A program made the translations under genes and the position numbers. 64,000 nucleotides of DNA from Candidatus Methylomirabilia bacterium. Lineage in GTDB: Bacteria; Methylomirabilota; Methylomirabilia; Rokubacteriales; CSP1-6. Shown one piece after another: positions 1 through 8,763 of the stretch. How positions within the stretch are numbered: position 1 is the first letter of the stretch; each line of letters begins with the position of its first letter. The stretch is from NCBI GenBank assembly GCA_041499965.1, contig JBGQLG010000007.1, positions 1,647 to 65,646 on the forward strand. The letters are read 5' to 3'. The notes under the pieces were generated by a model, which made no database searches, was not told the origin of the DNA, and worked only from the letters and a program-made list of their open reading frames with translations.

Positions 1-372
1 CTCGCCACGCACGACGAAGTCCACGCCCGAGGTGGGGTCGGTGTAGGCCTCGGCGGCCAGGCTGGGATCGTAGCCCCCCACCATGATCGGCACGCCCGGC
101 GCCAGCGTCCGCACGAGCTGGACGATGCGCAGCGCCGTCTTGCGCTGGAAGCTCATGACCGAGAGGCCGACGAGCTCGGGCCGCCACTCGCGCACGAGGC
201 GCTCGATCGTCGCCCGCACCGCGCGCTGCACGAGGACCAGGTCGGCGACGGCCACCCGGTGGTGGGCGTCGACGTTGCCGGCCAGCGAGGTCAGCGCGCC
301 GTTCGGCATCCGGATCCCGACGGTGGGCATGTGCTCGAACGAATCAGGCATCGAGAGCAGCAGGATGTTCAT
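1..372 (-). CDS. B12-binding-domain radical SAM protein, N-terminal part (C-terminal end outside window)
   Basis: My own minus-strand translation from ATG at 372 reads MNILLLSMPDSFEHMPTVGIRMPNGALTSLAGNVDAHH...ELVGLSVMSFQRKTALRIVQLVR...PIMVGGYDPS. This looks like the cobalamin-binding N-domain of class B radical SAM enzymes. It is absent from the ORF track because there is no stop in the window. Confidence 0.6.
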   Translation of the reverse strand, partial: MNILLLSMPDSFEHMPTVGIRMPNGALTSLAGNVDAHHRVAVADLVLVQRAVRATIERLVREWRPELVGLSVMSFQRKTALRIVQLVRTLAPGVPIMVGGYDPSLAAEAYTDPTSGVDFVVRGE

Positions 373-457
373 GCGGTGGCACCCCTGACGCAGCGAGCGT
401 AGCAGAAAAAACTTGGGCGAGCGCCCGGAGCCCCGTACCGTGGACAGTCAAGACGCG

Positions 458-1024
458 ATGAAGTGGCTGGGCAGTGCTCTCTCGGTCACCTCGCTGATCC
501 TGGCGCTGGTCTCCTTCTACCTCTCCGCCGCGGCCGGGAAGGAAGTGGCCCGGCTCGATACGATCAAGACGACCTACGGCCTGTTCACCGACCTGGGTCG
601 CGTCCAGCTCGAGCACCCCTTGATGGCTCACCTGTTCGCGCTGACCGGCCAGAGCTACGACGCGAACGCCGCCGAGGTCCGCACGGCCACCTCGACCCTG
701 TCCGACCCCGAACGGGCCCGGCTGCGACTGCAGGAGCGCGCCCTGGCGCACCACATCTTCACCGTGTACGAGGAAACGTACTATCTGTGGCGCGAGGCCC
801 AGACGAGTGAGCCACGCCGGCGGGAGATCCTGCTCGGCGACCTGACGTTCCTCAGCTCGCTGCTGTGCGACAACCCGCGGCTGTTCTGGTACTGGGGCAC
901 GAAGGGCGCCAAGCTGGGCCAGGGATTCGCCCGCGAGGTCCGCGACTACTACGGCGTGAACGTGCTGAAGGAATGTCCCACGCAGGGCGACGCGGATGGA
1001 CCCTTCCGTCCGAGGCGAGGGTAG
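458..1024 (+). CDS. hypothetical membrane-anchored protein
   Basis: The track ORF is 413..1024. The first ATG at 458 gives MKWLGSALSVTSLILALVSFYLS (one N-terminal TM helix). GC3-rich codon usage. I recognise no family. Confidence 0.5.
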   Translation: MKWLGSALSVTSLILALVSFYLSAAAGKEVARLDTIKTTYGLFTDLGRVQLEHPLMAHLFALTGQSYDANAAEVRTATSTLSDPERARLRLQERALAHHIFTVYEETYYLWREAQTSEPRRREILLGDLTFLSSLLCDNPRLFWYWGTKGAKLGQGFAREVRDYYGVNVLKECPTQGDADGPFRPRRG

Positions 1025-1028
1025 GCGA

Positions 1029-1391
1029 ATGAAGCGACCGCGGCACGTGCTCACCGGAGTGACCGCCTCGCTGTTCGTCGCCGGCCTGCTGTCGCCGGGT
1101 CCGGTTCCCGGCCAGCCGCCGGCGACACGGCCGGCGGAGGACACGGGCCAGGCGAAGGCCGCTCCCGCGGTCCTCGCGGCCGCCGACACGATGTACGCCT
1201 GGCTCGACGGGACGGTGTTCGAGCACGCAAAGACGCGGGAGGATGTCGTGAAGCAGTTCCCCGCCATGCCCCCGACCCTGATCGAGCAGGCGCTCGCCCG
1301 GCTGATCTACGACGGTCGAATCAGACAGCGGGGCGACGGGAGCGCCGCCAATCCGTACCGCTACTACGACAGGACCTCCAGCGGCGGCTGA
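1029..1391 (+). CDS. hypothetical secreted protein
   Basis: Track ORF 996..1391. The ATG at 1029 gives a signal-peptide-like MKRPRHVLTGVTASLFVAGLL. It starts 5 nt after the upstream stop. Confidence 0.45.
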   Translation: MKRPRHVLTGVTASLFVAGLLSPGPVPGQPPATRPAEDTGQAKAAPAVLAAADTMYAWLDGTVFEHAKTREDVVKQFPAMPPTLIEQALARLIYDGRIRQRGDGSAANPYRYYDRTSSGG

Positions 1392-1512
1392 GCGGCTCGG
1401 CGCGGGACCGACGCGCGCCTACCGGCGGGCGCGGGAGCGGTTCTTCGCGCGTCATGGCGCCCGGTGGCCCGGGACACTGGCCGACGCCTTCGACATCCTG
1501 CCGCCCCGCGCG

Positions 1513-2823
1513 ATGGCTCCGGAGGACATCGACGCCATCGTGACGGCCGCCTGCGCCGTCGCCGCCGTCTATCGGCGCGTCGCGTCGCTCCTGCGCCGAA
1601 CCTCCGACGAGGCGCTCCGCGGCCTGGGGGTGCCGGGGCACCTGCTGGCCGGCACGCGGACCATCATGCCGGGCCTGGCCGACTGTGTGCTCGGACGCTT
1701 CGATCTCGTCCGCACGCCGCAGGGCTACCGGATGCTGGAGCTCAACGCCGACAACCCGGGCTTGCTGGTCGAGACGTTCTCGGTCAACGCCGAGGTCTGC
1801 CGCGAGACCCAGGCCCGGGATCCCAACGAGGGCGGCGAGCGCATCCTGGCCCGGCGGCTCACCGCCGCCGTGGCCGCCGCGGCCCGTCACGTCGGCAAGC
1901 GGAGCCTCGACGAGGCCAGGGTCGTGACGGCCTCCCACGGCGCGTATCCGCGCGACCGGGGTATCGCGACGTACCTCGCGCAGCTCCTCGAGGGATGCCG
2001 GGCGCGCTACCATCCCCTCCAGTCGCTGCAGATCGATGCCGAGGGGCTCTACGACCCGGCCGGCGATCGGATCGACGTCCTGTATCGGGTGTTCCCGCTG
2101 CAGTTCGTGCGCAACGAGCTGTTCGCGCCCCGGGGCGCCAGGATCGACCCGGAAATGGGCGGGCTCCTGCTCCGGCTCGTCGCCGACGGCCGGCTGGCTC
2201 TGATCAATCCTCCGGCGGCGTTCCGGCTCGAGAGCAAGGCGCTGCAGGCGGTCATCTGGAACCTCTTCGAGACCCGCCAGTACTTCAGCGACGAGGAGCT
2301 CGAGGCGATCGGGCGTTACATGCTGCCGACGTACCTGGTCCGGCCGGCCGGCGGCACCGCGTACGTGACCAAGCCGGCCTACGGGGGGACGGGCGACACG
2401 GTGTCGATCACGGGCCCGCGGGGCAGGGTCATCGGCCGGCCGGCGGCCACGACGTACGCGGATCACGTCATGGTCTACCAGCAGTACGTGCCGGTGGCGG
2501 CCCAGCCCATGATGACCGAGTACGGGCGGCGGCGGCTGCATCCCGTGGCGTCGTGCTTCGTCGTCGACGGCGAGGCCATGGGGATCGGCCTGCGCGCGGG
2601 CGCGGCCATCACGGACGAATCGGCGTGGGTGGTTCCACTCGTGGTCGGCAGTTGCACCCCTGGTGCGGCTCACGTAGCATCCGGTTCACCGCCACCCGAG
2701 CGGCGTCAGAAGTCAGAAGGAGGACATGCATGCCGCCCACCAAGCTGGCCCACGTCGTCTATCAGACCAACCGGATGGCGGAGATGCGTGACTGGTACGC
2801 GACCGTCCTCGGCGGTCACGTGA
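1513..2823 (+). CDS. glutathionylspermidine synthase family (pre-ATP-grasp) protein
   Basis: 436-aa ORF. Motifs GRFDLVRTPQGYRMLELNADNPG, LINPPAAFRLESKALQAVIW and VTKPAYGGTGDTV are typical of GspS-like amidoligases. The last 94 nt overlap the next gene, and the 5' end may lie upstream (no canonical start found there). Confidence 0.7.
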   Translation: MAPEDIDAIVTAACAVAAVYRRVASLLRRTSDEALRGLGVPGHLLAGTRTIMPGLADCVLGRFDLVRTPQGYRMLELNADNPGLLVETFSVNAEVCRETQARDPNEGGERILARRLTAAVAAAARHVGKRSLDEARVVTASHGAYPRDRGIATYLAQLLEGCRARYHPLQSLQIDAEGLYDPAGDRIDVLYRVFPLQFVRNELFAPRGARIDPEMGGLLLRLVADGRLALINPPAAFRLESKALQAVIWNLFETRQYFSDEELEAIGRYMLPTYLVRPAGGTAYVTKPAYGGTGDTVSITGPRGRVIGRPAATTYADHVMVYQQYVPVAAQPMMTEYGRRRLHPVASCFVVDGEAMGIGLRAGAAITDESAWVVPLVVGSCTPGAAHVASGSPPPERRQKSEGGHACRPPSWPTSSIRPTGWRRCVTGTRPSSAVT

Positions 2824-3275
2824 TCTACGAGAACCCGCATCTCTGCTTCGTCACCTACGACGACGAGCATCACCGCGTGGCCTTCGTCGACTTCGGTCCA
2901 CTGGCGCCGCGCGACCCCGCGGCGGGGGGCGAGCTGGGCCCCAAGCCCGTGGAGCAGGCGGGCCTGCACCACGTCGCCTTCACGTTCGCCTCGATGGGCG
3001 AGCTCCTCGACAATTACGTCCGCCTCCGCGATCGGGGCATTCGCCCGTTCTTCTGCGTGAACCACGGCCCCACGACGTCGATGTACTACCGCGACCCCGA
3101 CGGCAACCGTGTCGAGCTGCAGATCGACAACTTCGCCACGGCCGAGGAGGGGCAGGCCTGGATGCACTCCCCGGCGTTCGACGACAACCCGATCGGCGTC
3201 GAGTACGATCCCGATCAGCTGGTGAGCCGGTTCCGCGCCGGTGTGCCGGTGGCCGAGCTGGTCATTCGCGGCTAG
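2730..3275 (+). CDS. VOC/glyoxalase-family protein (extradiol dioxygenase-like)
   Basis: ATG at 2730, preceded by GAAGGAGGA. The protein MPPTKLAHVVYQTNRMAEMRDWYATVLGG...HHVAFTF...MYYRDPDGNRVELQ fits the VOC fold. It is the real 3' part of track ORF 1464..3275. Confidence 0.75.
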   Translation: MPPTKLAHVVYQTNRMAEMRDWYATVLGGHVIYENPHLCFVTYDDEHHRVAFVDFGPLAPRDPAAGGELGPKPVEQAGLHHVAFTFASMGELLDNYVRLRDRGIRPFFCVNHGPTTSMYYRDPDGNRVELQIDNFATAEEGQAWMHSPAFDDNPIGVEYDPDQLVSRFRAGVPVAELVIRG

Positions 3276-3283
3276 CGGCGACC

Positions 3284-4462
3284 ATGCCGCCCGGCCTCCG
3301 ACTGCGACAGCGGGCCGCCGTCTCCGGGCGCGCCCGCGCCGCCGAGCTGCCGCCGAACCTGCAGCGCTACGCCGACACCGGCGAGGCGCTGATCGCCGAG
3401 CCCTTCCGCGGCGTCACCGCGAACGGCACCGCCGTCGCCGGCCTCTTCCCGCTCCAGCCGACCGGCATCTCCACGCGCCCCCTCCTGCACGCGGCCGAGG
3501 CCTTCCTGGCCGCGCTCGGCGATGCGCAGCGGGCGCGCGTGTGTTTCGAGCTCGAGGCCGACGCCTGGCGCCGCTGGAGCAACATCCATCCGTTCGTCAT
3601 GCGGCACGGCGTCGCCCTCGACGAGCTGACGCCCGCCCAGCGCGAGCCGGCGCTGGCGCTCCTGCGTGAGAGCCTGAGCGCGGCGGGCTGGCGGACCGCC
3701 CGCGACGTCATGCGCCTGAACGAGCTCGTGCGCACGCTCACCGGCAGCGATGCGGAGTACGGTGAGTGGCTCTACTGGCTCAGCGTGATGGGCACGCCGT
3801 CGCCCGACGCGCCGTGGGGCTGGCAGCTCGACGGCCACCACCTGATCGTCAACTGCTTCGTCCTCGGCGATCAGGTCGTCATGACGCCGATGTTCATGGG
3901 CTCGGAGCCGGTGGCGGCCGAGACCGGACCGTACGCCGGCACGCGGGTGTTCGAGGCGGAGGAGCGGCAGGGACTGGCGCTCGTGCGCGCGCTCACGACG
4001 GAGCAGCGGCGGCGGGCCATCCTGAGCGGCGAGCTGCCCGGCGAGGTCTTCACCGCGGCCTTCCGCGACAACGTCGAGCTGACGTACGAGGGCCTCCGCT
4101 TCGGGGACCTGTCGAGCGCCCAGCAGCGGCTGCTGCTCGAGGTCCTCGAGACCTACGTCGGCCGTATCCGCCCCGGCCACGCCGGGGTCAGGCTGGATGA
4201 GGCCAACACGCATCTGGCCGACACGTGCTTCGCGTGGATGGGCGGCCTCGACGAGGACAGCGCGTTCTACTACCGGCTGCATAGCCCGGTGATCCTGATC
4301 GAGTTCGATCACCAGCGCGGGATCGTCTTCGACAACGACGCGCCGTCGCGCCACCACATCCACACGGTCGTGCGCACGCCCAACGGCAACGACTACGGCC
4401 GCGACCTCCTCCGCCAGCACCACGCGCGCTTCGACCACACGCGCGCCGACCACCGCCACTGA
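3284..4462 (+). CDS. DUF3500 family protein
   Basis: 392-aa ORF. WGWQLDGHHLIVNCF and FYYRLHSPVILIEFDH are the characteristic DUF3500 motifs as I recall them. Confidence 0.7.
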   Translation: MPPGLRLRQRAAVSGRARAAELPPNLQRYADTGEALIAEPFRGVTANGTAVAGLFPLQPTGISTRPLLHAAEAFLAALGDAQRARVCFELEADAWRRWSNIHPFVMRHGVALDELTPAQREPALALLRESLSAAGWRTARDVMRLNELVRTLTGSDAEYGEWLYWLSVMGTPSPDAPWGWQLDGHHLIVNCFVLGDQVVMTPMFMGSEPVAAETGPYAGTRVFEAEERQGLALVRALTTEQRRRAILSGELPGEVFTAAFRDNVELTYEGLRFGDLSSAQQRLLLEVLETYVGRIRPGHAGVRLDEANTHLADTCFAWMGGLDEDSAFYYRLHSPVILIEFDHQRGIVFDNDAPSRHHIHTVVRTPNGNDYGRDLLRQHHARFDHTRADHRH

Positions 4463-4475
4463 CGGCGCGCCCGCT

Positions 4476-4724
4476 TCAGCTCGTCCCGCGGATCCGCTCG
4501 GCCAGGAAGGTCGTGAGACGGCGGCGCAGCTCGGCCGGCATCTCGCTACGGCCGGCCTGGCCGACCGTCGTCACCGTCCGCCGGTAGGTGGCCAGGTAGG
4601 CGCGGCACGGCTCGCACAACTCGAGATGGGCCTCGAGCCGGGCGACGATCTCGGCGTCGAGCGTGCGATCGACGTACTCCAGCAGCACGGTGATCACGTC
4701 CTGGCAGGTCATCGACGCGCTCAT
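4476..4724 (-). CDS. soluble ZAS-type anti-sigma factor-like protein (zf-HC2, RsrA-like)
   Basis: 82 aa with the H-x3-C-x2-C motif (EAHLELCEPC) plus an upstream Cys (MTCQD). No TM segment. It starts 4 nt after the stop of the upstream NDH-2 gene. Confidence 0.65.
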   Translation of the reverse strand: MSASMTCQDVITVLLEYVDRTLDAEIVARLEAHLELCEPCRAYLATYRRTVTTVGQAGRSEMPAELRRRLTTFLAERIRGTS

Positions 4725-4728
4725 CGCC

Positions 4729-6333
4729 TCACGCGTTCCTCGACGCGATGAGCTGCTCGACGAAGCCCTTCAGCGGCGGCAGCGTCGCGAACATCGCCTG
4801 GAAGGCCTCGCGGTCCACGGCCAGGACGTTGGTCGCCGAGATCGCCCGCACCGTGGCCGAGCGCGCCATGTCGCTGACCAGCGCGATCTCGCCGAAGCAC
4901 TCGCCCAGGCCGAGCCGGCGCACCGGCTGCTCGCCCCGGCCGGGGACGGTCTTGAGCACCTCGACCTCGCCCTCGGTGATCACGTAGAGCCAGTCGCCGC
5001 GGTCGCCCTCGCGGAAGATCACCTGGCCGGGCTCGAAGTACTCGCGGCGCACGCCCAGGGCCCGGTCGGTCTTGAGCTGCACGATGTCGGGCGGCAGGAT
5101 CAGGTCCAGCGTCCAGTCGGTCGCCACCCGGATCTTGCGGTCGAGGCCGGGCAGCTTCATGAGGTAGATCGTCCGCCACAGCCACCAGGCCAGGAAGCCG
5201 GAGAGCTTGATGCCGAAGATCTCCGCGACCGCCGAGCGGCGGCCGAGCGCGCCCATCTTGCCGAGCGCGGTGAACATGAACGCCTTCTTCTCCGTCCCCT
5301 TGAGCGCCGCGACGATGTTGCGGGCGGCACCGACCGCCTCCCGCGTCGCGTGCTGGGCCGTCGGCGGGCAGAAGTCGCCGGTCTTGGCGTCGCGAATCGC
5401 CGCGCAGTCGCCCACCGCCCACAGCCCCGGGTACTCCGCCACCTCGAGGTTGGCGTCGACCAGGATCCGCCCGCGCTCCTTCTTCACCGGCAGCATGGCG
5501 ACCAGCGGGTTGGGACCGGACGGCACCGTGCTCACCAGGGTCCGGGTGGCGATGCGGCCGCCGCCGTCCAGCAGCGCCATGTCCACCGTGGCGCCGGTCA
5601 GACGCGTATTGAACCGGATCTCCACGCCGCGCTTCATCAGCAGCGTCTGGGCGAACTCGGCCAGCGACTTCGGCAGCTCGGGCAGGATGAGGCCGCCGGC
5701 GTGCAGCAGCACGACGCGGATCTCGTCGGGGCGGACGTTGCGAAAGCTCCGGGCGGCGGCGCGCACGAAGTCGTTCAGCTCGGCCACCGCCTCCACGCCC
5801 GAGAAGCCGCCGCCGGCCACCACGAAGGTGAGCAGGGCGCGCCGCAGCTCGCGGTCCTGCTCGATGTCGGCCTCCTCCAGCGTGTGGATGATCCGGTTGC
5901 GCAGGGTCAACGCGTCGCCCAGGTACTTGAAGGGCAGCGCGTACTCGGCCAGGCCGGGGGAGCCGGCGAACGAGGTCACGTTGCCGAGCGCCACCACCAG
6001 GTGGTCGAAGTGCAGGTGGTGCGCGCGGCTGCCGAAGCCGGCCGTCGACTGCACGCTGCGGTGGTTGAGGTCGATCGACTCGATCGTGCGCGTGTAGAGG
6101 TTGGTGTTGGGGCACAGCCGGCGGATCGGCGTGATCACGTCGAGCATGCCGATGCTGCCCGAGATCACCTCGGGGAGCATCGGCTGGAAGACGATGTAGT
6201 TCTCGCGGCTGACCAGGCCCAGCTCCACCTCGCCCCGGCGGATCTCGGCCTTGAGCATCTTCTCGAGCGTGAGGGCCGTGTAGACCCCGCCGAAACCGCC
6301 GCCGAGAATGAGGATGCGCGTGGGCTGGCTCAT
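4729..6333 (-). CDS. ndh: type II NADH dehydrogenase (NDH-2) with C-terminal cyclic-nucleotide-binding domain
   Basis: ATG at 6333 with GGAGG upstream. Two dinucleotide folds (ILILGGGFGG, VVAGGGFSGVE). The C-terminus carries a CAP_ED-like FREGDRGDWLYVITEGEVEV...FGEIALVSDMARSATV. It is the real 3' part of track ORF 4729..8169. Confidence 0.85.
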   Translation of the reverse strand: MSQPTRILILGGGFGGVYTALTLEKMLKAEIRRGEVELGLVSRENYIVFQPMLPEVISGSIGMLDVITPIRRLCPNTNLYTRTIESIDLNHRSVQSTAGFGSRAHHLHFDHLVVALGNVTSFAGSPGLAEYALPFKYLGDALTLRNRIIHTLEEADIEQDRELRRALLTFVVAGGGFSGVEAVAELNDFVRAAARSFRNVRPDEIRVVLLHAGGLILPELPKSLAEFAQTLLMKRGVEIRFNTRLTGATVDMALLDGGGRIATRTLVSTVPSGPNPLVAMLPVKKERGRILVDANLEVAEYPGLWAVGDCAAIRDAKTGDFCPPTAQHATREAVGAARNIVAALKGTEKKAFMFTALGKMGALGRRSAVAEIFGIKLSGFLAWWLWRTIYLMKLPGLDRKIRVATDWTLDLILPPDIVQLKTDRALGVRREYFEPGQVIFREGDRGDWLYVITEGEVEVLKTVPGRGEQPVRRLGLGECFGEIALVSDMARSATVRAISATNVLAVDREAFQAMFATLPPLKGFVEQLIASRNA

Positions 6334-8207
6334 CGTGGTGCCTCCGAAGAATTGGACACCGCGGCCGGGCGGCCCGGTGCGGAGGCAGCCTCCCGGAGCT
6401 GGGCCAGGATGGCCTGATCCATCGCGTCCACCGACGTCAGGTGGATGCGGACCAGCCGCACCCCGTCCCGGGCGACCATCCCCGTGACCTTGCCGTACAC
6501 GTCGCCCGACTCGCGGGCCGGATCGGGATAGGTCAGGCGCAGGCGGACGTTGGCCAGCGCCGCCAGCTCCACGCTCACCGCCGCCTCCAGGGCGCGGCGC
6601 CCCAGGCGGCGGACGGCCCCGGTGAACGCGTCGGCGTGCACGCGCTTGTCCTCGATGATGGCGCCCACGATCGGCAGGTCGACCTCGACCCCGGCGTCGC
6701 CGTCGGCCTCGGTCAGCCGCTGGGCGAAGCGGCCGCGCAGCCCGCGCAATTCGTAGAGCGCGATCGGGGCGGTCAGGCCCTTCAGCTCCACCGTGATCGG
6801 CGGCGCCACCTCGGCCAGATCGGTGAGCCGCTCGGCGGTGGCGGCCGTCATGAGGATCTGGCCACCGACGGTGCAGCCCTCGACGCGGGCGGCCAGGTTG
6901 ACGGCGGCGCCGACCACCGCGTACTTGGTCCGCTGCTCCGAGCCGATGTTGCCCACGACGGCCTCGCCCGTGTGCAGGCCGATGCCCATCTCGAAGACCG
7001 GGCGGCCGTGCTCGGCGTTGGCGCGGTTCAGGTCGTCGTTGGCCCGCTGCATGGCCAGCGCGGTCGCGGCCGCCCGCTCGGCGTGGTCGGCGTGCTCCAC
7101 CGGCGCGCCGAACACCGCGAAGATGGCGTCGCCGATGAACTCGTTGATGGTGCCGCCGTGCGCGATCACGATATCGGCCATGTGGCCGAGGTAGTCGTTC
7201 AGCACCGCCATGACGCCGGCGGGGTCGCCGTGCTCGGCAAAGCGGGTGTAGCCGCGCAGGTCGGACATGAGCACGGTGATCTCGCGCTTGTGGCCGCCCA
7301 GCCGCAGCCCGTCGGGCGACTCCAGCAGCGTCTTGGCGACCTCGGGGGAGACGTAGCGGCCGAAGGCGTTCCGGATGAAGTCCCGCTGGCGCAGTCCCTC
7401 GACCATCTCGTTGAACGCGCGCGTCAGCACGCCCACCTCGTCGCGGGAGCGCACCGGCAGCACCTGCGAGAGGTCGCCGGCCGCCACCCGGGCCACCGCG
7501 CCGGTGAGCGCGCTGATCGGCCGGGTGAGCTGGCGGGCGAACAGCAGGCCCAGCAGCAGCGCGCAGACGGCGCCGGCCGCCGAGCCTTGCATGATCGTGA
7601 GGTCGAGCTCGTGCAGCCGGTCGAGGAAGACGTCGACCTGGTAGTCGACGCTCAGGATCGCCACCGGCCGCCCCTGGGCGTCGACGATCGGCGCCACCGC
7701 GCTGATCCACGTGCCCTTGGCGTTGCGGTAGGCGCCGGTGTAGCGGGCGACGGCGTCCTCCAGGCTCCACGAGATCGGATCGAGCAGCTCGGGAGCGAGT
7801 GGATACCAGGTGCCCGGCCGCTCGGCCTCCTCGCTGGCGACGACGACGCGCGCCCGACGCCCGGCCCGGTCGTAGTCGGTCAGGGTCCGGATGGGCGTGG
7901 CCAGCAGGACCTCCCGCTGGACGGCCGCGAGCTTGGCCCGCAGGCTCCGGTAGGCCGGGGTGTCCTCGCGCTGCGCCTGCTGCACCGCGGCGTGCTGGGC
8001 CGGATCGACCAGCAGGACGGCGACCCGCGCGATGTTCAGCAGCTGGGTGCCGACGGCGTCCTCCAGCTCGGCCTTCTGGCGCGCGCGCACGAGCACCCCG
8101 ACGATCGTGATGCTGAGGAAGGTCAGCAGCGCGAAGGCCACCGCCAGGCGCACGGCCAGGCGCCGCCACGCGGGCAGCGCCGGCCGTGTCGACGGCTGGT
8201 CCGTCAC
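6330..8207 (-). CDS. membrane adenylate/guanylate cyclase (periplasmic sensor - HAMP - class III cyclase - about 130-aa C-terminal extension)
   Basis: Track ORF 6330..8282. The HAMP segment is RPISALTGAVARVAAGDL. The cyclase core reads VLMSDLRGYT...GDAIFAVFG...GLHTGEAVVGNIG...VNLAARVE. The start is placed at GTG 8207, one nt after the doxX stop. Its stop overlaps the ndh start (ATGA). Confidence 0.8.
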   Translation of the reverse strand: MTDQPSTRPALPAWRRLAVRLAVAFALLTFLSITIVGVLVRARQKAELEDAVGTQLLNIARVAVLLVDPAQHAAVQQAQREDTPAYRSLRAKLAAVQREVLLATPIRTLTDYDRAGRRARVVVASEEAERPGTWYPLAPELLDPISWSLEDAVARYTGAYRNAKGTWISAVAPIVDAQGRPVAILSVDYQVDVFLDRLHELDLTIMQGSAAGAVCALLLGLLFARQLTRPISALTGAVARVAAGDLSQVLPVRSRDEVGVLTRAFNEMVEGLRQRDFIRNAFGRYVSPEVAKTLLESPDGLRLGGHKREITVLMSDLRGYTRFAEHGDPAGVMAVLNDYLGHMADIVIAHGGTINEFIGDAIFAVFGAPVEHADHAERAAATALAMQRANDDLNRANAEHGRPVFEMGIGLHTGEAVVGNIGSEQRTKYAVVGAAVNLAARVEGCTVGGQILMTAATAERLTDLAEVAPPITVELKGLTAPIALYELRGLRGRFAQRLTEADGDAGVEVDLPIVGAIIEDKRVHADAFTGAVRRLGRRALEAAVSVELAALANVRLRLTYPDPARESGDVYGKVTGMVARDGVRLVRIHLTSVDAMDQAILAQLREAASAPGRPAAVSNSSEAPR

Positions 8208-8208
8208 G

Positions 8209-8697
8209 TCAGCGGCCCGCGGGATCCGCGGGATCCGCGGGCTCCAGGCCGATGGCGCGGTCGACCGATAGCGGGCCGCCACCGCGGGTGAGCAGGAAGA
8301 TCAGGATCGACGCCCACGTCAGGTGCTCGGCGTAGGCGTTCGGGTAGACGAAGGTCTGGATGACCGCGATCATGCCGAGCAGCGGCAACGTGGCCAGGCG
8401 CGTGCCCAGGCCCAGGATCAGCAGCACCGAGCAGCCGATCTCGAAGGTGGTCGACATCGCCGCCGCGAAGTCGGGCGGCAGCACCGGCACCTTGTACTCG
8501 TCGGCGAAGAGCTGCACGGTCAGCTCCCAGCTCGCCAGCTTGTTCAGGCCGGCCTTGAGGAACACGCCGGCGATCGCGAAGCGGAACAGGACCTGGATCA
8601 CGGCCAGCGGGAAGCGGCCGAGGTAGCTCAGCGCTCCCGCAATCCGGGTGCGCGCGCCCGACATGGGCATCATCGTCGTCGTCATCATCGTCTGCAT
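8209..8697 (-). CDS. DoxX family membrane protein with Met-rich N-terminus
   Basis: 162-aa ORF, multi-TM, with the DoxX-like [17 protein letters not shown]. The N-terminus is [12 protein letters not shown]. Confidence 0.8.
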   Translation of the reverse strand: MQTMMTTTMMPMSGARTRIAGALSYLGRFPLAVIQVLFRFAIAGVFLKAGLNKLASWELTVQLFADEYKVPVLPPDFAAAMSTTFEIGCSVLLILGLGTRLATLPLLGMIAVIQTFVYPNAYAEHLTWASILIFLLTRGGGPLSVDRAIGLEPADPADPAGR

Positions 8698-8721
8698 GGT
8701 GTCGTCTCCCTGGTGGTTGGC

Positions 8722-8753
8722 GGGGCGGGCGGCGGCCAGCGCCGGCCCGCCCC
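8722..8753 (-). promoter_or_regulatory. intercistronic GC hairpin between the precursor gene and doxX
   Basis: GGGGCGGGC (8722-8730) pairs with GCCCGCCCC (8745-8753), a 9-bp perfect stem. It lies 11 nt downstream of the bufA-like stop on the transcribed strand. Confidence 0.4.
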
Positions 8754-8763
8754 TCGCCGGAGG

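Noticed and set aside
2650-2823. Possible frameshift or fusion, because the GspS-like ORF overlaps the VOC gene by 94 nt
   Set aside because: The recognisable GspS-like homology ends around ...AWVVPLVVG (about 2650), and the remaining about 55 codons are low-complexity. The overlap is most simply a late natural stop. I have no evidence for a frameshift.
4663-6417. 584-aa plus-strand ORF, and similar long ORFs at 344..1267(-), 1321..2673(-), 1464..2729(+), 3272..4459(-), 6441..8291(+), 9503..11167(-), 13282..15027(+), 17068..18411(-), 22205..23680(-), 31996..34008(+), 44849..47152(+), 50688..52799(+)
   Set aside because: Each lies antisense to, or out of frame with, a gene that has clear family motifs. 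Their translations are Arg/Ala/Gly/Pro/Asp-rich low-complexity strings with no recognisable domains. This is the classic stop-codon-poor shadow-ORF behaviour of high-GC DNA.
6330-6760. Idea that the cyclase's about 130-aa C-terminal extension is a PilZ (c-di-GMP-binding) domain
   Set aside because: There is an RRLGRR stretch but no convincing D/N-x-S-x-x-G second motif. I cannot support the call from sequence alone, so the extension is left as unassigned.
8219-8240. Direct tandem repeat GGGATCCGC x2 (two BamHI sites)
   Set aside because: It is a short coding duplication giving ADPADP at the DoxX C-terminus. No further copies or associated structure were found.
8208-8282. Upstream ATG 8282 as the start of the adenylate cyclase
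   Set aside because: It would overlap the doxX C-terminus by 74 nt. GTG 8207, one nt after the doxX stop, gives a coupled junction and still precedes the first TM helix. The choice is not decisive without experimental data.
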